Shown here piece after piece: positions 12,272 through 22,400 of a DNA stretch of 64,000 bases. The DNA comes from Anthoceros angustus. Taxonomy: Eukaryota; Plantae; Anthocerotophyta. A program made the position numbers and the translations under genes. The stretch's first letter is position 1; the number at the start of each line of letters is the position of its first letter. The stretch covers positions 496,001 to 560,000 of the forward strand of contig VJWM01000007.1 of assembly GCA_010909165.1 (NCBI GenBank), written 5' to 3'. Below the pieces are notes generated by a model. That model had not been told where the DNA came from, did no database searches, and worked only from the letters and a program-made list of their open reading frames with translations.

Positions 12272-12718
12272 GTGGCTAGGAGGGAAGATACATGAGAACG
12301 CCTGGCGCAGAGGTGGCTCTCGCAGGTCAGATGCAACTGTTTAATGCCAAGCATAAGACTGTCCAGAACATCCTGCAACTCTCGGATGCGAGCACGCGAA
12401 GCAAGAACTTCACTCGCCTTCTCTTGCTTGGTCTGTCCACGCCTCCGATATGCACTTGGTGTAGATGGTCTTACCAGGGGGGCTCTGCAGGTTCTGGGAG
12501 CAGGGCTGACACTACGCCTGAAGGAAGTAGGTGAAACAGTGTGTCTGGATGTTGGGATAGGAGATTGATCGTCTTCCCGACAGATTGGACACACAAAGGT
12601 TCTCCTTGTCACGGGGATTTGTTCCCCTTCTATAAACACCTCCTTAAGTGGCGCCGTCTTTCGGCCTCTCTTCGGCATCTTGTGGGGCGGTGATTCTGCG
12701 CTGTGCTCACCGATCACA

Positions 12719-12731
12719 GCTCTCGATACCA
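12719..12731 (-). other. Primer binding site, tRNA-iMet type
   Basis: TGGTATCGAGAGC follows the 5' LTR directly; the canonical form is TGGTATCAGAGC. Confidence 0.85.
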
Positions 12732-12932
12732 TAATGTGATTGCGGATCGCGAGGGGCACGAGAGGGTGAGAGAGCGGCGGTGCTAGCATGCACGCGAAGG
12801 AAGAATAAAAGCGGTTATAAATTTCACGGGAAATCCAAAGATATGTACAAAGCTTGTGTAGGTGGTTATAACTGTTCATAAAACCACAAACACTTAGTCA
12901 ACCTAACTTAAGGTGACTTAACTATTTCATTA
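12732..12932 (-). repeat. 5' LTR of the Copia element (201 bp)
   Basis: Direct repeat of 738-940, followed by the TSD GGCTG. Confidence 0.95.
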
Positions 12933-14326
12933 GGCTGTACATCAAAGTCACAAAGGAAGGTAGCAACTGATGGTCGTTTGCCACTTGTAGCATAATCTCG
13001 AAACTTGGATCATCATGTCAAACACATCCTTTTCCACACTAATGGCCAAAGTGTGATGAGTAACTTACTAAAAGCAATTGTCTCAAAATAGTTCAGTTAT
13101 CTAAGCTAGGTGACTTACCCACTATATAGCTTCTTGTATGTATGTGATTGTTGATACTGCTTTGGGTCTGTCTCTCTCGTAAGAAGGTTTTGCTCTTCAC
13201 CAGTAACAAAGTTTCGTAAATAGATTCGCAAAAAGACAACAGGGTCCATGCCACTTTCTCTTGCTTTAGTTCAAGATGAGCATTCGTCTGAACGTGGAGT
13301 GCTGCTCGGGGTGTAACCTTGCCCTTGGGGGAAACTTGTTAAGTTTCATATGTGATAGATTGCTCTGAACTCATTCTCCAACTCATTCGGTATTTTCTAT
13401 AAAACACCCTCACTACAGCACTTTTTATGATAATTTCGTTTCAAACATTTTATAGTCTTGGCAAAGAGGAGAGCCTTTGTATCACTCTATTTTAAAGTGT
13501 TTGGTAACTTATGCAATCTTCAATTCAAGCTTAACTTTCGGTTCTTATGGCTGCTCTCTCAATAAATACCTAGTTTCAAATTGTATACATACCATATTTA
13601 CATACTGGAGAACCCAAACGTTTGGCTGTCGATGACTCGATATGCACGCCACACTTTACGGTCAAGGCACCTCCTCCCATAGACACGGGCTCACATGCAC
13701 CGTTTAGGGCCACGCGTACGTATCATTGCTCCCGCAATTCGATACGCAACACGCAACTCGACATCACAGGCTCACGTCACCCGTACGTGCTGTATTAAGG
13801 CATTTACGATACAGGCTCGCCAAACTCATGGTCCGTTCTCAGAGCAATGCTTGACCTGCTGCAGCGATTTTCTTTAGACAAACCAGAAACTTGCACAAGA
13901 GCTTTCCTCGATCGGAAAGCCAAGAGCAGCTCAGATTTCCAGTTAGCACATAGACCGACGGCTGAAGCAGATAACGTCAAAATTTTAGAAGCAAGAATCC
14001 TTGCACACCTGCCAAAATATCGGGCACACTGGCTCCCCATCAGCCAGATGAAAAAGCCACAACTACATAATGTGCCTATGCCTAGAGTCTCTTCACACTA
14101 TGAAACAAAAAGCCGTTGAAAATTCTTTTGCCATCATTCGTGGCCTATTATCTACTCAGTCTCAGAGCCAGACTTGAGGCTCAAAAGCAAAAACAAAAAA
14201 AACAGGCACCTCTTGGACAAGGCATAGCCAAAGGAGTTGGTCTCAAAGCTCTCCCTTCCTTGGGGGAGGGCCGTTGCATTCCAGTTCCCTACTAGGTGTA
14301 CTTCGCCAAAATTGACCTTCCAGATG

Positions 14327-16220
14327 CTATTGCCGGGCACGGGTCATGCCAGCTTCTTTCAAAACTGTTGCAAGGCCTGTCCTCTCCATCCTGCGAGAAG
14401 TCCTGGGCAACACGGTTGGGGGCTGCCAATCTGTAACCATGACCGTGATACAGTCCTCATCCCGAGTTCTCGATCGGTTGACTCCTTGTGGGACGGCCTG
14501 CTCAAATCTCCTGCCATATCCTCCTCTGGGGGGGCGGCCCACTGCTCCATCGGGTGCTTGAGATAGTTGAAACATAGCATCAGATTTGCGGTAAGGAAAC
14601 TCCATCTCATCAGTGAACTTGGAGTCTTTCATCCCAATGCAGCCCAGGTCTCTGCCAAGGTCATCGTCACTAGTCTTCCGAGAGAGGGATGCTTCGTTAG
14701 TGGTCCTCTTGTAAGGAGAGAACCATTTGGCTCGCATGTACTCTGGTTTCCTCCAAGGAGGAAGATGCATGCCCCTCTTTTTTAATGACCGCTTAGCAGC
14801 ATCAGACATGATGCTTACCAGCTGCTGGAGACGGTCGGCTTTTCCCACAAACACGCTGGGCAGTTGGTGCATAACAGCATTGTACTGGCTCGTAGGGCGT
14901 GCGATTTGAAATTGCCCTCGAAAGTCCAGATCCACAATGATCCTGTCGCCTTTTCCATGGTGGCCGTCTAGCAGGATGTCAATATACTCATAGTCACCTG
15001 CAAAAGGGTACCAGGCCTCAGACCTTGAGCTCCTAGCCAGCTCCCGCTAACATGGTGTCAAGGGGGGCAAAAAGAGAAGCCCTATGGCACGTGCACTTGC
15101 TTTCAAAAAGCTGTCACCCAGCTCAGCTAAGATGAGGATGGGGACGGGAAATGGGAATGCGAGTGGCAGAACTAACCTCCAGGAAAGCCTCCCGCATGAT
15201 CCCACCGAGACTTGCAAATGGCAGCGTTGAAACCACTGGCGCGCAGCTTCCGCATGACAAGCCGGCGGAGACATCCATTGGTGCTGTTCTCGTGAGTGCC
15301 ATCGCAGAGCGGGTCCGCTTCCTCTTTGACCTCAGACATGACGGCAGTGACCAAGGCAAATAGCGTCCGTTCGGAAGAAGAGGCGCAGGAATTGAGGCCC
15401 TGCATCAGCCGCGAAACCTCATCAGGCACACTAGTAACCCAGGGTGGATCGTAAAACTCCCCTCCCGGCTGGGGCTGGGAGGGGAGCGAGAGAGTCCAAA
15501 ATGCAAGTGCCATTCAGCGTGCAGCCGGTTCACAGTCTCTGCTACACTGGTGAAAACAACACCCCAAACCAGCAAGAAGCTCACCATCCTGCTGCGACAC
15601 GAGGCACACACACACACACACAGAGGCAGCAAGTGCGCAGTCACAGTTTGGGAAGATTGGGAAAGTGGAGGTGCCGGGCAAACAATACATACCTGTACTA
15701 TCTCAGCTAGTTCCCCTCCAAGTGCAGAATTAGAATCATCGGCATCAGCAGCGACTCCAAAACGGTTGCAGACGCCGTTGACGCAGTTGCAGCGAAATGT
15801 GGCACAAGTGGCATCCTCCTCCTCCTCCATGAACTCGTGCACCATGGCCGCTAGACAAACGGAACTGGGGTCGTGCTCGCTGCCGCTGCTGCAGTAGTCG
15901 ATGGGCGTGAGATCCACATCCTCCAATTCCAGGCTCCCGCACAGGCGTGCCCTGACCCCATCCGGCAGGGGATCCGCCACCTGCTTGGGCCTCACCTGCG
16001 GACCGAAGGCATGCAGTTGCGAGGAGCGGAAATCCGTGAGCACGTGCACCGGCAGAGTGCGCGCATTGGCATTGGCAGTGCGCCGGGCCGGGCGGGGCGC
16101 GGGGTGTGCAAACCTGTCATCCCAAGCCTTGTCAGGCTTGGTGGGAGTGACAGTGGTGGAGGCGTTCCTGCCCGTTTTGGAGGCAGAGGTGAGCGGACGC
16201 AGCGTAACCAGTCCCGGCAT
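14327..16220 (-). CDS. DUF506 (plant PDDEXK-like) protein, 3 exons: 16220-~15691, 15399-15177, 14997-14327
   Basis: CLAAMVHEFMEE, CLRRLVMRKLRASGFNAAICKSRW, G-DYEYIDI...IVDLDFRGQFQIARPT and KRGMHLPPWRKPEYMRAKW, with GT-AG introns. Confidence 0.93.
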
Positions 16221-17251
16221 TGCAGTCCCCCGCCCAGGCAGCGAGGAGTCGAGTGACAGTTTGAATCCCTGGGAAGATGAGCACGGGCTTGTGGAAGTCC
16301 GGATCGGAGTAGAGCGAGCCCACAGGAGCAGCAGCAGCAGCAGCAACAAACAATGAAGGATGAGATTCCAGCTTGACTGACGGCGCAGTGCGAAGCGCAG
16401 CAGCAGGTCCTGATCTCGCTCTCGCTCCCGCTCCCGCTCCCGTTCCCCTGCCGCGCGCTGGTGACGCCACCACAGCTCCAACTAGCTGCCACGCCACATG
16501 CGTCAAGAAAGCAGCACCCCCTCGTGGCCCGATGCCGCCTCAATTATTCCAGATCCAATTCCCCAGGCCAGCACGAATGCACGCCCGTGAGGAGAGCAAG
16601 GAGCGCAAGGGGCGCCAGTAACGCTCGCCAAGGAGCGAAGAAGGTAAGAAGAAGTGTGGAAGCGAAGAAGGTCAGGCGTCCGTCCCCTGCCCGAGTGATG
16701 GCAAAGGCCGAAGAGCAGAGCAGCGGAGGGAAGAGTGCAGGAGTCGGGGGCAGATCTGGCGGAAGTAGCAAGGGAAGCGGAAGCGTGGAGGAGAGGAGCG
16801 GGGAGCTGGAGCGGGAGCCGGAGGCGGAGTGAAGAAAGGGAAGCTTGCACGCAAGGGAGGTGGTGAGCTGGCGCGGGGAGGGGAGGGGAGGGGAGCCCTG
16901 GGATGGAGGAAGGAAACCCTGGCGTGAGGAGGCACAGGTGATCAGTTTGAGACGTGTGGTGAGGTCCGGTCTGGGGTTGCGACGCGGAGGCAGGGAAGGA
17001 GGAGGAGGAAGGAGGAAGGACGAAGGCGCGGGGAAAGAGGGAGGCCTGGGCCTGGGGCGGGGGCTGGGGGCCTGGGGCTCAGGAAGGCTGTAGTGCCTGC
17101 TGGCCCGCCCGCCTACCTCATATACGTCCCTTGACCAACACGATAGGTTGGGCGTTGGGCGGGGCAGCAGTGAAAAGGAAGACTAGTAGACGGCACGCGA
17201 CTGCTGCGGGGAGATGGATGTGGCCCGCCTGCTGCCTGCTGCCTGCTTCCG

Positions 17252-17259
17252 GCATATGC
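17252..17259. promoter_or_regulatory. P1BS-type palindrome GCATATGC
   Basis: Matches GNATATNC about 1 kb upstream of the DUF506 ATG. It is a single 8-mer, so weak evidence. Confidence 0.3.
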
Positions 17260-17768
17260 CATTGCCGTGTGAAAGCGCGCTTCTTACCTTTCACCTTCCT
17301 TTACCTTTACCTTCAGCTGTACCGCGCCACCTGCCGGGCCCGGCCGCGGGCCGGGGTGAAATGATCGGGTGGCTGTGCCGGGGTAATAATAGGGTGGCGA
17401 TGATTGATGCGGGCAGCGTGTCATAATAGGCAACAGGCATAGGCAGGCGCCGGGTACATACATGAATCTGGACTGAAATCCGCTTGGCGATGTGGATGAA
17501 GAGTCGCAGTCGGGCAGTGCAGTGCAGTGCAGTGCAGTGTAGTGCAGTGCAGTGCGGTGAGAGCGAGTGGGTGGAGTGTGGCAGTGGCAGTGGCAGTGGC
17601 AGGGGCAGTGGCTGTGGCTGTGGCAGAGGAAGAGGGAGAGACGGCCACGGCCTTCACGGGTTGCGTGCAACGCAAGTCCACTGCCCAAAATGGGCAACGG
17701 CAACAAAGGGCAGGGGCAACGCAGCGCAGCGCGTGATGATGACTCACGGCCGCGCGGGCCCCATGCCG

Positions 17769-17792
17769 TGACGTGGCGGGTGGAGCCACGTG
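17769..17792. promoter_or_regulatory. Paired ABRE/G-box motifs (TGACGTGGC, CACGTG)
   Basis: Two ACGT-core bZIP-type motifs lie 10 bp apart. Confidence 0.35.
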
Positions 17793-19459
17793 ACCAGCCC
17801 AACCCCAGGCTTCGCGGAGACGCTGGATAAAGATTTGGGATAACGTCATCGCTTCCCACTTGGGAGTTTGCCACACCTGGACCTGGAGCCGCTGCCGCTG
17901 CCTCGGCCTCTGCCTCTGCCTCTGCGTCCGCCTCGGCCTCGGCCTCTGCCCTCTGCCCTCTGCCCTCTGCCCTCTGCCCTCTGGCCTCTGCCTGCCGCGC
18001 TGCCGCCGCGACGCCGACGGACGCTTTTTATTTAAATCTCCGTCAGGAGCACCACTGCATTTTGTGCACAAAGTTGGCAGTGAAGTGGAAGGTTTGGGCC
18101 GTCATGCAGGGAAATGCGGACGCGGGTCAGGGTCAGAGTCAGGGTCAGGCCGGCAGGCCGGCAGGCCGGGTGACGGGTCCCGGCCGCTAGGGGTCAGCGA
18201 AGCCGTCGCTCCCGCTCCCTCTGCCTCTGCTTCTTCTCGCGTGACGCAAAGAGGGCAGTGAGCGACGGTGTGGAGGCGCTGGCCACTGCAGTGCAGCACC
18301 TGTTGGCAGGTAAGCCGGCGAAGCAGCAGCAGGCAGGGCGAAGCAGGGAGGCAGGCGAGCGGGCAGGCAGACAGGCAGGCAGGCAGGCAATCTTGTTGTC
18401 TGCGCTGCCTCGCGTCGCATCGTTCGGGTTCGGGCGTTCGGGCGTTCAGGCGTTCGGGCTCGGGTCCGGGGTCAGGATCGGTTGGGTTCGGTTCGGTTCG
18501 GTTGAACCGTCTCCTGTCTGCCTGCCTGCCTGCCTGCCTGCCCGCCTGCCCGCCTGCCGTTGCGTTGCCTTGCGTTGCTTTGCGTTGCTCTTGGCAGCCT
18601 CTTCTTCCCGGATCCCGGATCCCGGGTCGTCTTACCCTCTTATTACCCCGCTAACTTACTGCTATTTACCCGCTTCCCGAAGCTTTCCACTATTCCTACG
18701 GATATGCTTTTTTACGCGCCTTGCGCCTTCGCCCTTGCCCCTTGCCCCTTGTCCCTTGCCCCTTGCCTTGTCGTTACCCATTGAATGCTTGCCAAAGCCT
18801 CGGACCCTGCCACGCCCAATCTCCAACCCATTATCCCACAAACACACACGCCTACCTGCACTACCTCGTAACCACCACCCAGACTCTCATTTTTAGTGTG
18901 GTGGCGGCCCGGCCCATATTCCCCCATCCGTCACCACAATTGCAAAACCACATCTGTGCTGACCTCGGCATACATAAGCTCCATGACTATACGTCCTCTC
19001 TTTTTGGCATCTCATGTAATCCAATTTTGTGTGGTGATAAGTAATTTAGTAATATGAGTGCCTCTACCTCACGCCTCACGTTGCATCACCTATTACAACG
19101 TTGCATCACCTCTACAAAGCTACCCTTTTGCGTTGATATGCTTACATGTAATTTTAAAGTAAGTACTAACTCTGGAGCCTCAATGTCCAAAGTACAGCAA
19201 ACAAGTACACACACTTATATGTACGGTTAAAAGACTCAGAAGATGAGATGAAGAGGGTACCCTACGCATCTAAGTGGTAGTCTAGGATGACCAAGACGTA
19301 GAGAAATGTATGTCATAATCAAACAAGATCTTGGGACTTTATAAAGAAGAAGATATGGGAAGACCCATCTACCCAAAGTCAATGGGGAACAACCCATAAG
19401 AGGGCCAGAAGCTAAGAGGGCTAGCCTCTACGAATGTCGAACATGTAACTACCTATCGC

Positions 19460-22400
19460 TCCAAGTCGTAGTCTGAGGTAAGAAAAGGTCTACCTCCGAC
19501 AAGTGCCGATGACGCCGTGTCTCCTGCGCTCGTTGCCGTCCTGTAAACAGCATTGGCTAACACCCTCTACAGGGCGATGGATACCTGCTTTCGAAAGAAA
19601 GCCACCACAGAGAAAAGCGGGAGACTTACCCCACTCCTGCGACCATGGTAGGCTTTAGCACAATCCTTTATGAGTCTTGAGAAATCCTTGCCTATGGCCC
19701 CATGAGTCTCCATGGCAAGGGGGATGAAGGTATGGCCTTCCTGCATAGGTGTGTAATTGTGTACTTTGCCTGTCACGCATCCTGCCGCCGCCCAACCCGG
19801 AGGGTTGATGATGACATGCTCACAAATGGTGTCCTAGGTAGGGTCTCTTACAACCACATCTGCAACAAAGATTTGATCCTGCCTAGTTAGAAATAGATCC
19901 GGCTTGAGTGACACGCCATTACGCAAGGTATATGGGCGCTCCTTGAACGGGAAAAAAACCACCCTCCTTGGCCAACGAGAACATGACATTGCAAACGACA
20001 TCATATGTTGCTAGCATTACGCTCCCCACAGGTGGGACTGCGAACCAGGTGGGACCTAGAGTCGTTGAGTGGGGCCCTACAACTGCATGTTGAGAGGGAA
20101 CAGGCCAGAGGTTAGACCAGGCCTAGGCAGAACCTCATTGCGGTAGAGAAAGAAGCGCGAGTGATTCGGAAAGCCTGGATGTAAGGACAAGCCAGAAGCC
20201 AAGAGCTTATCTCTTTTCCGAGCAAGAGTGCAGACGAGCTCGAGCAGGCTGGGAAATTGAAGAACTAGGAGAAGAGCCCTCTACGCTTGTGTGAACTGCT
20301 TCTTCTGAAGAGAGGCTTGGAGGCCATGAAACTTGTCCATAAAGAACAAGGAGGAACAAGGCATGGCCGCGTCTAGCCTCCGAGGATAAAAGGCCCTAGC
20401 CAACATAGGAAAGCCTGCAAGGGGAAGGCCCGCTTCTCCATGCCCGAGATGAAAGCCTCCAAGATGGCGGAATCCCGAATTAAGAACTGCGTGGCCAGGA
20501 TGGAGGCAGAGAGGGCCGAGCTCCCTAGGAAGGCCGCTAGTGCCGAGGGCTCCATGGCTAGCAAACCTGTGCCTCCAAAGTCGACAGGTAGCTAGGAACG
20601 CTTGCCGCTGCACCAAACTCCCTGCTGTGCACTCGAAGGTGCCTGGCCCAATGATGGCTCCAAGCACCTACATCACCTCTTTATCAAAGTTCCTTAGGCT
20701 CGATAAGAAAGCGGGGGAGGGAGCCACATGTGTAGTTCTGATGAGGTATCTTAGCCGACGCAGGAACCAGGAAGAGAGGATACCAAAGGCCACTTGTGGG
20801 TCCCCTAATTAAGAGAGATAGCCGATATGAGCCAAGTCCTCCACTAGAGCCGCATCCACGAATACTTGAATAAAGTCATAATACGTGAAGTCCTTATGAA
20901 GAAGCAATCTTAACCCTCAAGCTTAGGCGTGAAAGCTCCGAGGAGAGGAGCTCAAAAGCTTCCATAACCTTGTCTCCCGACCCTATGATATGGGTATCAT
21001 CAACCACTAACGAAAAGAGACACTCCGCGACCGGGGAGGCAGTAGTGGACAGAGCCCTGAAATGCGCCATAGTGAAGAGGGCACTTCCAAGGGATTCCCC
21101 TACCTCGAGCTCGTTGCTGAGTCGAGAATGGAGACCCCCTCCAAAGATGGCCCATGCTGATAGTAGAGGTTAGATGGGATACCATAGAAAGAGCGGACAA
21201 ATGGAATAACACTTGCCAGCTGCCCGCAAGCCTCCTTGAGCTCAATAAAGATAACCGTTGTGGAGACATTCTTGAAAGCATTCTCTACGTCCTCCTACAA
21301 GCCGACCCAATATGGATGTGACTCCAAAACCGCCTCCACACCGAAGGCCGCCGACTCACAGCCCCTTGGAGTGGCAATCCCAAATTGGTTGGGGCAAAGA
21401 TACGCCTGAAACTACTCCCGAAGTTGAATGACAATGATGTGGCTTATGAGGCCCAGGATCGCCTCGCCGAGGGCGATAGGGCATACCCTAGGCGTGGGCC
21501 TCTCCATAGCGATAACCTCACGGCACCCAACACAGCAGATCAATGGGGGTCTTTCCGCTCACCACGGCCGGCAAAATAAAAAGCTCCAAAGAATCCAATC
21601 GCTAGAAGGATCCTTGGGAGCAAAATGATCTCGAAGGTGGTTGTAAATTGTCTTCAACAGACCACCCGAAGAGAGCCCGCGGGGCCATTGTAAGGGCCCT
21701 GCCAAAGACCGCCCTGTCGAGACAAAAAAGCTCTTCAGCGATGAGATTTAGGATATCCTGTGGGATGAGGTCACTAGGGGCCGGATGAAGGGCGCGGAGA
21801 GCGACAATGGTCTCCTCGGAGGCTAGCGCCATCGGTTTCGGGCGAAGGGCTTGGGCAGCGCTAGCGTACTCCCTAGCCCGGCCCAACAGGAGGCACCTCT
21901 TGAGACTTGCCTTGGCGGGGTCCTGACGAACCTGGTCCACCTTGGCCGACTCCACCCTGGATCTCACTGCGTGCCCGCCCTCCTCTTGTAGAACACTGGG
22001 AGGCAGGCGAGGAGCGAAGCCACCTCTTTGTGGCATGAAGGAACACCCTTGGGCGAGACACCGAGGGAGAAAAAGAACAAAGTCCAGTCGCCTTGTCTTG
22101 AGGGGTTCAACACGAGGCGCTCAAGGGAAGCCAATAGGCAAAGCAAACATCATCATGAAGGCCTCGGGAGACACGAAAAGGCCGAGTCCCAAGAAATGTG
22201 CCTTCGTGCAGGGGCATGTGGTGATCCGTGCATCCCAGCTATTGCCACGACTTAGGAGGCGCTGGGGAGCAACCAAACCACGAGTCAAGGGGCAGCGGCA
22301 TAGGAAGAAGCAAGCCTCACTAAGCCTCCCACATCGTGCGATCAAGTCCTTGTGCTTGTGCCCAATGTGACATTTGACCCTTCACTCCATATTGGCGGTT

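Larger units (their letters stand above)
9273..12678 (-). pseudogene. Copia gag with a long N-terminal extension, disrupted by tandem duplications
   Basis: MPKRGRK start at 12678. UBN2-type motif FYGMRMKDSDSVESYINRF and LLASLPPSYSHF are present. The ORF ends in an RG-rich stretch at the inversion breakpoint. Confidence 0.85.
738..12932 (-). mobile_element. Ty1/Copia LTR retrotransposon, structurally complete but internally rearranged
   Basis: Paired ~200-bp LTRs (738-940, 12732-12932) with a GGCTG 5-bp TSD at 733-737 and 12933-12937. PBS and PPT are on the minus strand. Gag (KIELDKDRFNGNDYNTWSLRL in the gag copies), protease (WFLDSGATSH), integrase (VHSDLCGP, FRSDNGGEY), RT (HQLDVKTAFLNG, YVDD) and RNase H (SSTEAEY, CDNQSA) motifs are all present. 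Confidence 0.95.
16320..18800. repeat. GC-rich mosaic of microsatellites upstream of DUF506
   Basis: (GCA)n, (GCAGT)n, (GCAGTG)n, (CTCTGC)n, (GCAG)n, (GGTTC)n, (GCCT)n and (CCTTGC)n tracts. Confidence 0.85.

Noticed and set aside
13695-14119. Short ORFs downstream of DUF506
   Set aside because: No motif support; consistent with 3' flank or intergenic DNA.
16132-18930. Many overlapping 60-216-aa ORFs on both strands
   Set aside because: They arise from stop-poor GC-rich microsatellites and translate into low-complexity repeats.
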